NCBI GenBank assembly: GCA_963832375.1
Contig: CAWHUA010000004.1
Location: 29,352-93,351 of the forward strand
Direction of reading: 5' to 3'
Length of the DNA stretch: 64,000 nt
DNA from: Vicinamibacterales bacterium
GTDB lineage: Bacteria > Acidobacteriota > Vicinamibacteria > Vicinamibacterales > JAMQPK01
Made by a program: the position numbers and the translations under genes. Below, one piece after another: positions 8,376-18,407 of the stretch (positions are counted from its first letter, which is position 1; every line of letters begins with the position of its first letter). Below the pieces are notes generated by a model. It saw only the letters and a program-made list of their open reading frames with translations. It searched no databases and was not told where the DNA came from.

Positions 8376-11127
8376 GAAGGAAATCCACTGGCAGGATCGG
8401 ATGGAAGCCCGGGTCGCCGCCGGGGTACTCGTCCTGGTCGCCCTGTCGGTGGCCGCCGTCGTGTTGACCGCCACGCGCGTCGCGACGCGCAGCGCCGTCG
8501 CGCGCACCTCGGACAACCTCGAAGCGGCCCGCACGGCGTTCTACCGGCTCGTTGACGATCGCGCGGCGGTCGCGGCGCAGCAGACACGGTTGATCACCGA
8601 ACTGCCCGTGTTCCGCTCGATGATGCTGTCGCCTGCCGTCGCCAGCGACGTCGCCACGCTCACCGAGATGGCCGAGAGCTACCGGGCGACCCTGAACGCG
8701 CAATTCGCCATCGTCTCGACGCCGACCGGCACCCCGATGGCCACGCCGGGATGGCAGCCGAACCTGACGATGCCAGACACGCTCATCGCGGCGATCCGTG
8801 GCGCCGCCGCCGGACAGTCGCGACGCGATATCGTGCCCATCGACGGCCGGCTTGTGCTCATCACGTCGGAGCCGGCGAAATTCACCGAAGCCGAAGTCAT
8901 CGGCGTCGTTACGTTCGGGTTCGTTCTCGACGATCGCGTGGCGCAGGACCTGGCGCGCATCACACGCGCGGAAATCAATCTGGTGACGGGCAATCGCCTC
9001 GCCGGCAGCAGCCTGAGCCCGAACGAGCAGAAACAGATTGCGGCCCTGGTGGCCGCCGGAAATCTCGCCAGCGCCGATGCGATCTCGTCAGAGATACGGC
9101 GGATCGGTGACCGGCAGTTCATCGGCGGGGCATTCCCGCTCTTCCCCGACCATGCGAGCCAGGCGGGGCACCTCGTGCTGCTGCAGGACTGGGCGCCGAC
9201 CCAGAAGTTCCTCGACGAGCTGCGCCTGTCGCTCGTCCTTGCAGGCATCGGCGGCTTCGTCATCGCGCTGGGCGGCGGACTGCTGTTCAGCCGGCGCATG
9301 AGCCAGCCGCTGATGGACATCGCCGCCGCCGCGCGCGACATCGCCGCGGGCGACTGGAGTCGCATCGTTCCCGGCGCGCGGCAGCGCCGAAGCGACAACC
9401 ATGGCGATGGCGTTCAACGACATGACACGCAGCCTGCGCAGTCAGGCCGAGCGGTTGAACGCCTCGTACCAGCGCTTCGCGACGGTCACGCAGTCGGCGC
9501 GCGACGCCATCGTTTCGACGGACGAGGTGCGAACATCACCTTCTGGAACCGGAGCGCGGAATCGACGTTCGGGTATACGGAACAGCGAAGTGCTCGGTCG
9601 CCCGATCGTGAATCTGATTGGCGAGTCCGATCGCGCGGCGTGGACGGCCGCGCTCCCGAGCCCTGCGACCGACGAAGTCACGTTCGGACACATCATCGAA
9701 GTCACCGGCATGCGCAAGGACGGCGGCCGGTTCCCCTGCGAGTTCTCCCTCGCGGTGCTGCACAGCGCGGAAGGCACGGCCTTTACGGCGGTCGTGCGCG
9801 ACGTGATGGAGCGCAAGCAGTCGCAGGATCACGCTCCAGCAGCGCGACGAGCAGCTGCGCCAGGCGCAGAAGATGGAAGCCATCGGCCGGCTCGCAGGTG
9901 GCGTGGCGCACGACTTCAACAACCTGCTCATGGCGATCCACGGCTACGCGGAAATGCTCGCGCAGAACCTGCCGTCCGGCGACGAGCGGCGAAGCGACGC
10001 GGAAGAGATTTTGAGGGCCTCGGATCGCGCGGCGGGACTCACGCGCCAGCTGCTGGCGTTCAGCCGGCGCGAAGGTGATCACGCAGCAGGCGGTTGCGCT
10101 CGATCAGCTCGTCGCAGACGATGCAGGCGATGCTGCAGCGGCTGATCGGCGCCGACATCCAGATGAGCACCGAGATCTGGCCGGACCTGACACCGGTGCT
10201 CGCCGACAGCACGCAGCTCGAGCAGATTCTCGTGAATCTCGTCATCAACGCCCGCGACGCCATGCCCAAGGGCGGAAAGATTACCGATCGAGCTTCGCAA
10301 CGTCGAGCTCGACAAGATCGGCGTCGCGGCGCATCCTGGGCTGCAGCCCGGCGACTACGTCGAGATGTCCGTGAGCGACACCGGCAGCGGCATGGACAGC
10401 GAGACGATGTCGAGAATCTTCGAGCCGTTCTTCACGACGAAGGAAGCCGGCAAGGGCACGGGGCTCGGGCTCGCGACCGTGTACGGCATCGTGCAGCAGA
10501 ACAACGGGGCCATCGAAGTTCAGAGCCGTATCGGACACGGCACGACGTTCTACATTTACCTGCCGCGGGCGACTGACCTCGGCAAGCCCGCGCCGATCAA
10601 AGCGGACGGCGTCACCAGACGGCAACGAGACGATTCTGCTGGTCGAAGACGACGACCGCGTGCGCGCGCTGGTGTCGAACATGCTCCGCAAGAACGGCTA
10701 CACCGTGCTGCTGGCGTCGGCCGGCGATCAGGCGCTCGAGATTGCGGCACGACATCGCGGCCGAATCCATCTGCTGCTGACCGACGTGGTGATGCCCGGC
10801 CTGAGCGGCCGTATCCTGTCGGAGCGGCTCACCGCCGCCCGTCCCGACACGCGCGTGCTCTACATGTCGGGTTACTCGGACGACGCGATCCTGCGACACG
10901 GCGTCCGCAAGGCCGCCGCGCACTTCATTCAGAAGCCGTTCTCGATCGACGCGCTCACGCACAAGATCCGGGAGACGCTGTCCGCACCGTCGAACATTCC
11001 GGCGGAACCTGCGGCTACGGACAGCGCGCACAGGGGCGGTAGCCGCAGGTCCACGAAGATCAGGGCGGCGCACACTGTGATGACAGCGGTGTGCTCGATG
11101 CGATCTGCTCTCGAGACGCCACGGTAG
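8362..11127 (+). pseudogene. hybrid sensor histidine kinase (TM-sensor-HAMP-PAS-HisKA-HATPase-REC) broken by about eight frameshifts
   Basis: Domain motifs can only be followed by switching frame near 9372, 9526, 9586, 9830, 10072, 10113, 10285 and 10615. The motifs are HAMP (LMDIAAAARDIAAGDW), PAS (ITFWNRSAESTFGYTE, EVLGRPIVNLIGE), HisKA ([14 protein letters not shown]), HATPase ([36 protein letters not shown]) and REC ([24 protein letters not shown]). They are spread over track ORFs 8362, 9401, 9873, 10094, 10365 and 10660. Confidence 0.75.
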
Positions 11128-11193
11128 AGCGGAAGACAGGCCGCATCCTAGCATGGCGGACGTGGAGAGAACGTGCGATGTACGAGGGACTTG

Positions 11194-13259
11194 CTACTGC
11201 CGGTGCGCGGAAACGAGCGTGGGAACCGGAAGGCCCTCCTCGGGGTCCACGGCGGGCAACGACAGGCGGAAGCAGGCGCCTTTGCCGCTAGGCACCAGCG
11301 TCAACGCGCCGCCATGCGCTTCGGCGATGCCCATCGCGATAGACAGGCCCAGGCCGGTGCCTTCGCCCACTTCCTTCGTCGAGAAGAACGGCTCGAAGAC
11401 ACGCCCCGCCAGCGCCTGTGGCACGCCGGGGCCATCGTCCTGGATCTCGATCGTGACCATCAGATCGACGCACTTCGTCGTGACGGTGAGCGTTCCGCCG
11501 CGGTGCGCCGACCGCATGGCCTGCTCGGCGTTGAGAATCAGATTCAGGATGACCTGCTGAATTTCTTCCGGGTTCACGACCACTGAAGGCAGCCCTTCGC
11601 CGTAGCTCTCGAAGAGCCGGATGTTGGCCGATCCGAACTCGTACGACCGCAGCGAGATGGTCGTCTTCACGATGTCGTTGATGCTGGCCATCGTCCGCTC
11701 CGACGACGATCGCCGCACGAACGCCAGCAGGTTGCGCACGATCTTGCCGGCGCGGATCGCTTCCGATCGCACCTGCTCGAGGTCGCGGCGCAGTTCCGGC
11801 CGCTCTTCCGCGTCGATCAGCAGCTCGGTGAAGCCGAGAATCGACTGCAGCGGGTTGTTCAGCTCGTGCGCGACGCCCGATACGAGCTGACCGACCGCCG
11901 ACAGACGCTCGCTGTGGATCAGCTGGCCGCGCAGCCGGAGCTCCTCGGTGATATCGCGCTCCATCTGCACGTAGTGCGTGACGTGCCCCTGCTCGTTGGT
12001 CAGCGGAACGATGGCGCATGCGGCCTGGAACGTCGAGCCGTCGGCGCGGCGGTGCACCAGCGTGCCGTTCCATGCCTGTCCCTTGGTGACGTTCTTGCAC
12101 TTCCTCGAGCTTCGGCAGCGACTCGTCGGCCACGACCGACGCGCGCGATCGTGTCGAGCAGGTCGACGAGCTCGTAGCCGACCGCCTGGCAGAACGCCCG
12201 GTTCGCATGGCGGATGCTGCCCATCGCGCGACACGATGACGATGAGCTCGTTGGCTTCTTCGACGGCCGCGCCCATGAGCCGGAGCTTCGCATCGACCTG
12301 ACGCAGCTCCGCACGCTCGACCGCCAGACGTGCCATCAGCAGCGGCAGCACCGAGACGATCGCGACCGCCATCGACAGGTCCTGGAAGGTATCGAACGGG
12401 CCGGCCGGCGCGGCCCGGCGCAGGCCGTAGTCGATCAGCGGCAGCAGCGCGAGACCGCCGAAGATGACCCACGGGCGCGACGTGGCCGCATGAGCCTCGT
12501 CCACTTCGATGAGCGAAATCGCGGATCTCGGCGCTTCCGACAGCCGCCCACGGATAGAACGCGAACGGCAGAATCCACATGACGTCGCCGAGCGACGCGC
12601 TCTGATAGAACCCCTGCCAGATTTCCATGTTGCCGAGCGACAGCGTGATGAACGAGATCGACGAGGCCGAATGTCAGGCGCCGGTACACCTGCTTCCATC
12701 CCGGGTCCGGCGTAAACATCGCGGCGATGCCCATGCCCAGGCACACCAGGAATTGCTGAAGCTCCGAGAGCAGCAGGAGCGGGCCCGACGCGCCAGCCGC
12801 CACGGCCGAATCGGAGGCCACGACAAAATGCGAATACAGAAACCCCGTCAGCACGGCGATGCCGGCGATGTCCACCGCAATCGTCGCGGTGACCTTTTCG
12901 CGCGGCCCGCGATGGGGCTGCGCGAGCAAGGCGAGAAGCGGCGCGACGCCGCCGAACAGCGCGAACACCGCGTGCCACCCGAGCCAGGACGTGCTGACGC
13001 CCAGCAGCATCTCGTCGACGGACCAGCCGACGACGCTGATGCCCGACATCAGCAGTCCGAGGGCCAGCGTTGCCCAGAACAGCCAGTGACACCCCGCCCA
13101 CGTGTGACGCCGGATGACGATAAATGTCACACCGACCAACGGCGGAATCAGTAATGCGAAGATACGAAACCAGGGAAGGACATCTGTAAGCGGCCGGAGG
13201 TAGGCACCGATAACAGCGTAGAGGATCGAATATGCGGCGCCGAGCGCAAGCCAGCCCAT
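11194..13259 (-). pseudogene. membrane sensor histidine kinase (polytopic N-terminus-PAS-HisKA-HATPase) with about five frameshifts
   Basis: The N-terminus is in track ORF 12435..13259. The gene continues in the frames of 11288..12628, 11194..13602 and 12000..12314. Motifs: PAS (SIRHANRAFCQAVGYELVDLL, GQAWNGTLVHRRADGSTF), HisKA (SAVGQLVSGVAHELNNPL) and HATPase (NLILNAEQAM, DDGPGV, GEGTGLGLSIAMGI). Frame switches are near 12655, 12540, 12215, 12150 and 12105. Confidence 0.7.
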
Positions 13260-13362
13260 CTACATGATGGTTTCGGCCGGAATGCCCTCCCGCCGTAGGC
13301 TTTCGTCGCACTTTTGTGCAAGGATGGTCAGGCGATTTTTGTCGTCGGACATTCACTGACAG

Positions 13363-14047
13363 ATGCCAAAAATTCTCATCGTCGAAGACGACGAGGATAT
13401 CGCTGCGCTGATCGCGCACTACCTCGAAAAAGCCGGGTACACGCGCTGACATCGTGGGCGACGGCGGCCGCGCCCTGGCCGCGGCGCGCGAAACGCCGCC
13501 GGATCTCGTCATCCTCGATCTGATGTTGCCGGGCCTGAACGGCCTCGAAGTGTGCCGGGCGCTGCGGGCCGACAACCGCACGGCCGCGATGCCCATCGTC
13601 ATGCTGACGGCTCGCGGCGAAGAATCGGAGCGGATTCTCGGACTCGACTCAGGCGCCGACGACTACGTCGTGAAACCGTTCAGCCCCAACGAGCTGATGG
13701 CGCGCGTACGCGCGCTCTTGCGGCGCACCGCGCCGTCACCGACCAAGGAGCGCATCCTGCGCTGCGGTCCGATCAGCGTCGATGTCGAGCGGCACACGGT
13801 CTCGAACGACGGCGAGAGCGTCCGCCTGACCGCCAAGGAGTTCCTGCTGCTCCAGTATCTGCTCGAGCACCGTGGCCGCGTGCTCTCGCGCGATCGCCTG
13901 CTGTCGGACGTGTGGGACTACCAGTATCCCGGCGCGACGCGCACCGTCGACGTCCACGTCCGGCGGCTGAGAGAAAAGCTGCCGTTTCTCGAGAAAGCGC
14001 TCGTGACCGTGCAGCAGTTCGGCTACAAGCTCACGGCCGACCCCTAG
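13363..14047 (+). pseudogene. OmpR/PhoB-family response regulator with one frameshift near 13446
   Basis: ATG 13363 gives MPKILIVEDDEDIAALIAHYLEKAGYT and then TGA. The sequence continues one frame over in track ORF 13454..14047 (DLVILDLMLPGLNG, winged-helix TVDVHVRRLREKL). Confidence 0.75.
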
Positions 14048-14050
14048 GTC

Positions 14051-15231
14051 ATGACCACTCTGATTATCTCGGTGCTGGTCGCGCTCGCGACGGCCTCGTG
14101 GGCGCGTGGATCGGCATGGCGGTCGCCACACGGCGCTCGCGCATGACGCCGCGGCGCACGACCGTGGAAATGTCGCAGATGTCGCGGCGCGTGACCGAGC
14201 TCGAGACCGATCGCGCGCGCATGGCCGCGATCCTGTCGGGCATGGTCGAGGGCGTGCTGGTCGTCGACGGCGAGGGACGTCTGCGGCTCGTGAACGACGC
14301 CGCGCGCCGGATGCTGAATCTGGAAAGCGATCTGATCGGGCGTCATTACGTCGAAGCCGTACGCCAGCCTGCCGTCGTCCGGCAGCTCGGTGCGGCGCTT
14401 CGGGGCGAACAGGGCGCGCCCATCGAGGTGCCGCTCGGGGCGACCGAGGCCCCGCGGATCTTCCGCGCCCAGGCGACGCCGGCGACCGCGAGCGGCGGCG
14501 CCGTGCTCGTCCTGCACGACATCAGCGATCTCCGCCGCATCGATCGGGTGCGCCGCGACTTCGTCGCCAACGTCTCGCACGAGCTTCGTACGCCGCTGAC
14601 CGCCGTACGCGGCTATGTGGAAGCGCTGCTGGAAGACTCGGGCGAATTGGACCAGCGCAAGAAGTTTCTCGAGGTCATCGAACGCCACACCGCGCGCATG
14701 GAGCGGCTGGTTCGCGACTTGCTGCGTCTCGCCAGGCTCGACGCGCTGCAGGAAACGGTCGAGCTCCGCCCCATCGAGCCCGCCTCGCTTTTTCACTCGG
14801 TCTCGTCCGACCTCTCCGAGCGCATCGATCGAAAGCGCATCCAGGTGGAGGTGCGCGTCGATGCCGCTGCCCAGACGATCGAGGCGGACGCCACGAAGAT
14901 GCACGATGTGCTGCGCAACCTGATGGAAAACGCGGTGAACTACGCGCCCGACGGTGGACGTATCGAGCTCGGCGCGCGCCTCGACGGCGGGCGCGTGCTG
15001 CTGACCGTCGCCGACAACGGCCCCGGCGTACCGGAAACCGATCTCGAGCGCGTGTTCGAGCGCTTTTATCGCGTGGACAAGTCGCGAACGCAGGATCCCG
15101 GCGGCACCGGGCTGGGCTTGTCGATCGTGCGGCACCTCGTGGAGCTGCACGGCGGCCGCGTCAAGGCGGACAATCGGAAGGAAGGCGGGGCAGTCTTTAC
15201 GATTTCGCTGCCCCACTCACGAAATCGCTGA
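14051..15231 (+). pseudogene. PhoR-like sensor histidine kinase with one frameshift near 14095
   Basis: ATG 14051 lies 3 nt after the regulator stop and gives the TM helix MTTLIISVLVALATA. The gene continues in the frame of track ORF 13552..15231 (LVGAWIGMAV, FVANVSHELRTPLT, NLMENAVNYAP, DNGPGV, GGTGLGLSIV). Confidence 0.7.
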
Positions 15232-15271
15232 ATTCGCAGATTGGTAGATTGGTAGATTCGCAGATTGGCGT
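15232..15271 (+). repeat. ATTSGYAG octamer array (5 units) filling a convergent spacer
   Basis: ATTCGCAG ATTGGTAG ATTGGTAG ATTCGCAG ATTGGCGT starts at the first base after TGA 15229-15231. The convergent gene's stop codon is at 15275. Confidence 0.95.
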
Positions 15272-15274
15272 GGG

Positions 15275-16231
15275 CTACTGCGCCTGCGGCGCGAAGTATC
15301 CCAGCCTGGTGCGGACTCCTGCATCCGCGCGACTCACACGCACCATAATCGTGCGCCACTGGCCATCGCGCCGCTGATTCGCGGGCGTGTAGCCGAGCGT
15401 GTACTGCGCGGAAATCTCATCGTAGATCTGCGTGTACATCGATGCCAGGCTGCGCACATCCTGGGGAAAGAACGCGCGCCCTCCGGTGACCGTTGCGAGT
15501 TGCCGCAACGCGGACGTGAATTCGCGGTTTCCTTCAAGCTGCCCCTCACCCGTCAGTGCAATCACATAGATGGCCGCATGCGACCGCTTCGCCAGGTTCA
15601 GCGTCTCTTCGAACCTCATCGACGGCGATGCATCTCCTCCATCGGTGAGGAACACAATCGCGTCTCTCCGAATCGGGTAGGCTCCCTCTGCTGGCGCCGC
15701 TTCGAGTCTACGTCGCAGGAGGTGGAGTGCATCATGAACAGGTGCTTGCTTGAACGGTGCGGTCCTCCGTATGGCGCGTTCGAGTGTTCCACGATCGGCA
15801 GTGAAGGGCTGGTGGACCTCGCCGCCCCTCACGAACCCGGCAACATCTGCCATGTCGGTCGCACGCAACTTTCGGACGAGCGCAATCGCCGCGTCCTGTA
15901 TATCTCTTGTTCGTGCGTCTGCCGCTGATCGCGCGTCGATGAGCAGTGAGAGCGCGATGGGTACGTCGCTGCGATGAAAGAGCTCGACGCGCTGTGCCAC
16001 CCCATCCTCGAGCACTTCGAACGCGGCCTTGGCAAGATCTGGTACCGGGCAGCCATCCCACCCGGCACTCCAATACGCGGGATAGCGAGTAAAGCATTGC
16101 CGTGACTGATCGGTCACCGTGATGTTCAGCGAAACAATTTCAGTCGCGGACGCGAAGCGAGCGATCTCTTGCGCAGCCGTGGGCAAGGCCGCCAGTCCCA
16201 TCATTGCGATCGCGAGAACCGTTCGATGCAT
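15275..16231 (-). CDS. secreted VWA-domain protein (VWFA-related Acidobacterial-domain type)
   Basis: The internal ATG 16231 of track ORF 15275..16282 gives the signal peptide MHRTVLAIAMMGLAALPTAAQ. VWA-like core (LLIDARS, FLTDGGD). The C-terminus (YTLGYTPAN, RTRLGYFAP) matches my memory of TIGR03436. Confidence 0.6.
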   Translation of the reverse strand: MHRTVLAIAMMGLAALPTAAQEIARFASATEIVSLNITVTDQSRQCFTRYPAYWSAGWDGCPVPDLAKAAFEVLEDGVAQRVELFHRSDVPIALSLLIDARSAADARTRDIQDAAIALVRKLRATDMADVAGFVRGGEVHQPFTADRGTLERAIRRTAPFKQAPVHDALHLLRRRLEAAPAEGAYPIRRDAIVFLTDGGDASPSMRFEETLNLAKRSHAAIYVIALTGEGQLEGNREFTSALRQLATVTGGRAFFPQDVRSLASMYTQIYDEISAQYTLGYTPANQRRDGQWRTIMVRVSRADAGVRTRLGYFAPQAQ

Positions 16232-16240
16232 CTCGCCATT

Positions 16241-16276
16241 TAATCTACCAATCTGCCAATCTGCCAATCTGCGAAT
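16241..16276 (-). repeat. ATTSGYAG octamer array (minus-strand sense) between two co-oriented genes
   Basis: The plus strand reads CTACCAAT CTGCCAAT CTGCCAAT CTGCGAAT. On the minus strand the array begins 9 nt after the TAG of the DUF218 gene. Confidence 0.95.
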
Positions 16277-16285
16277 AGTCATTCA

Positions 16286-17059
16286 CTACGCCCACCCCCT
16301 GACCTTGTAGTAGCCGATCGCAAACAGATCGTACAGAACGCGCTCGCTGAGGTGAAGCGCGGCAAGGGATGGCAGGTACATTTCGAAGCGTGCGCCGCGG
16401 CTGACGTACTCTTCGGGCGCCGAAGGAACCGGGTCGGTGCCCGCGACACGAAACGCCGCGAGGGATCGCCGCATGTGCTGTCTGGACGTCACCAGCACGA
16501 ACTGACCGAGGCCGTGTGCCTTCAGGACCGGCGGCACGAGCAATGCGTGATCGCGGGTGTTGCTCGCGTGCTCTTCCTTGATGATGCGATCGACCGGTAT
16601 GCCCAGCTCCTGCAGTTGATGCGCCATCAGCCCGGCTTCCGTGTACTGGTCAGAGCCGTGGCTGCCCGTCGTGACAATCGGCACCCCGCCGAGTACCCGG
16701 GACACCCGCGCCGCCTCCATGACGCGCAGCCATCCCTCGCGCGTGGGCACGCCCCGGGACTCGCCGCGCGATCGATGAATCTCCATGCCCGCGCCCAGCA
16801 CGACGACGGCCGTTGCGCCGCGCGCGTCTGCCTGTGACATCACCGGCGGATAGTCGGGAGAGAACGATCGGATGAACGCGACGGCGGCGATCGGTGTGCT
16901 CAGAGCCCAATAGAGCGCGACCAGCGTGGCTACCCAGATTCGGCCCACGCGCCCGCCGTCCTTCCGGCGAAACAGCAGGCACACACCGGGGAGCAGCATG
17001 AAGAGGAAGAACGGAATCGAGCCGGGGACGAACAGCTCTTTCAGCGGAAGAGGCACCAC
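16286..17059 (-). CDS. DUF218 (YdcF/ElyC-like) membrane-anchored protein
   Basis: 257 aa with two N-terminal hydrophobic helices followed by a YdcF-like core (VVVLGAG, FVLVTSRQHMRRS). Confidence 0.55.
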   Translation of the reverse strand: MVPLPLKELFVPGSIPFFLFMLLPGVCLLFRRKDGGRVGRIWVATLVALYWALSTPIAAVAFIRSFSPDYPPVMSQADARGATAVVVLGAGMEIHRSRGESRGVPTREGWLRVMEAARVSRVLGGVPIVTTGSHGSDQYTEAGLMAHQLQELGIPVDRIIKEEHASNTRDHALLVPPVLKAHGLGQFVLVTSRQHMRRSLAAFRVAGTDPVPSAPEEYVSRGARFEMYLPSLAALHLSERVLYDLFAIGYYKVRGWA

Positions 17060-17062
17060 GCG

Positions 17063-17311
17063 TCAGCGCGTTTCCTCGCGCAGCTCGCGGGCGCGCTCGT
17101 AGAGGGAGTCGCGATCGGGATAGAGCTCGCGGAGGACGATCTCTTCCTCGCCCTGCGCGGCACGCACGATTTGCAGCTCGGCCCCGCCGCAGCAGCTCAC
17201 CATGACGCACGTCGTCGTGGCGTCGTCACTCGAGATTTTCCAGAGGATGTGGTGATCGCGGGAAGGCATCGGCGTCAGGAAGGCACGGAGAAACACGGAC
17301 AAATTTTTCAA
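17063..17311 (-). CDS. small hypothetical protein with a Cys cluster and an acidic/basic helical tail
   Basis: Track ORF of 82 aa with a TTG start lying inside a repeat array. An alternative ATG at 17269 would give 68 aa (MPSRDHHILWK...CVMVSCCGG...ELREETR). No family recognised. Confidence 0.35.
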   Translation of the reverse strand: MKNLSVFLRAFLTPMPSRDHHILWKISSDDATTTCVMVSCCGGAELQIVRAAQGEEEIVLRELYPDRDSLYERARELREETR

Positions 17312-17372
17312 AAGACTCAGTGTGCCTCCGTGCCTCTGTCCCTCCGTGTTTAAGCACGCTCCGTGTCCTCAC
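17281..17372. repeat. CCTCCGTG / CACGGAGG-type oligomer arrays in inverted arrangement
   Basis: Plus strand 17281-17300 reads GGCACGGAG AAACACGGAC. Plus strand 17321-17372 reads GTGCCTCCGTG CCTCTGTC CCTCCGTG ... CTCCGTGT CCTCACAC. The arms bracket the annotated TTG start at 17311. Confidence 0.85.
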
Positions 17373-17381
17373 ACCCCTCGA

Positions 17382-18407
17382 TCAGTGGGAGTATCTACCC
17401 ATGGCGAGGCCGAGGATCTCCTCGACCAGCTGGTTGTAGGTGCGGCCGGCCTTGCGCGCGGCCTGCGCGAGCTCGGCACGCGAGGCGAGCCACGGGTTCG
17501 GGTTCACTTCGATGACCGCCACCGTGCCATCCGGCTTGAGTCGCATGTCGACGCGCCCGTAGTCCCGGAGCTCGAGCGCCTGATACGCCGACACGGCGGT
17601 CGACTGCAGCAGTGCCGTGGTTTCTTCCGACAGGTCGGTGGCCACGATCGACTTGGTATCGCGATACGCCTTCGTGCCCTTGGCCCACTTCACCTCGGCC
17701 GCCGCAATCCTCGGCGTGCCCTCCGGCAGTTTCGAGAGATCCAGCTCGATGACGGGCAGCGCCTCGGGGTTCTCGTTGCCGAGCACGCCGACGTACATCT
17801 CGCGCCCGTCCACGTACTCCTCGATGAGGATCGGCGAGTCGAACTGCCCGTGCAGCCAGTCGATGCGCTCCATCAGCTCCTTGATCGACGAGACTACCGC
17901 GTCGAATTCGATGCCGATCGAGCCGTCTTCGCGCATCGGCTTGACGATGACCGGAAAGTGCAACTCGTGCGAGAACGCCAGGCGGCCGCGGAACGAGCGG
18001 GCGAACACCGGCGTGGCGATGCCGTGAAACGCGAAGATCTTCTTCGCCACGCTCTTGTCCTGCGCGAGCATCAGGCCGTGGCTGCCGGCGCCCGTGAAGC
18101 GCTTGCCGACGAGCTCCAGGTACGCGGCGATGTTGTAGTCGGCGGTGTCGTTGCCGCCGAACGACTCGCTGAGGTTGAAGATGAGGTCTGTGTCGAGCTT
18201 CGCCAGCGCGTGCAGGCTCTTCAGCGAGCCGTCGAGCTGGTGCAGCGCCGGCTCGTGACCCAGCTTGGTCAGCGCATCGATGACTTCCTCCTCGACTTCC
18301 TTCTTGTCGAGGGTTCGCACGAGGGGCGCCTTGCCGTTGGTGCCCGCGTTGTCGTCTTCGGGCTCCCACCGATCGTAAAGGACCGTGATTCTGAGTTTTC
18401 CTGCCAT
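17382..18407 (-). CDS. D-alanine--D-alanine-ligase-family ATP-grasp enzyme
   Basis: 341 aa. Ddl-like layout with ATP-grasp motifs (FPVIVKP, ILIEEYVDGRE, IEVNPNP). Confidence 0.65.
   Translation of the reverse strand: MAGKLRITVLYDRWEPEDDNAGTNGKAPLVRTLDKKEVEEEVIDALTKLGHEPALHQLDGSLKSLHALAKLDTDLIFNLSESFGGNDTADYNIAAYLELVGKRFTGAGSHGLMLAQDKSVAKKIFAFHGIATPVFARSFRGRLAFSHELHFPVIVKPMREDGSIGIEFDAVVSSIKELMERIDWLHGQFDSPILIEEYVDGREMYVGVLGNENPEALPVIELDLSKLPEGTPRIAAAEVKWAKGTKAYRDTKSIVATDLSEETTALLQSTAVSAYQALELRDYGRVDMRLKPDGTVAVIEVNPNPWLASRAELAQAARKAGRTYNQLVEEILGLAMGRYSH

Noticed and set aside
13260-13602. N-terminal 114 codons of the 802-aa track ORF 11194..13602
   Set aside because: The region is Arg-rich and featureless, and it overlaps the response-regulator promoter and start. 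The real kinase N-terminus (polytopic, MGWLALGAAYS...) starts at 13259 in a different frame.
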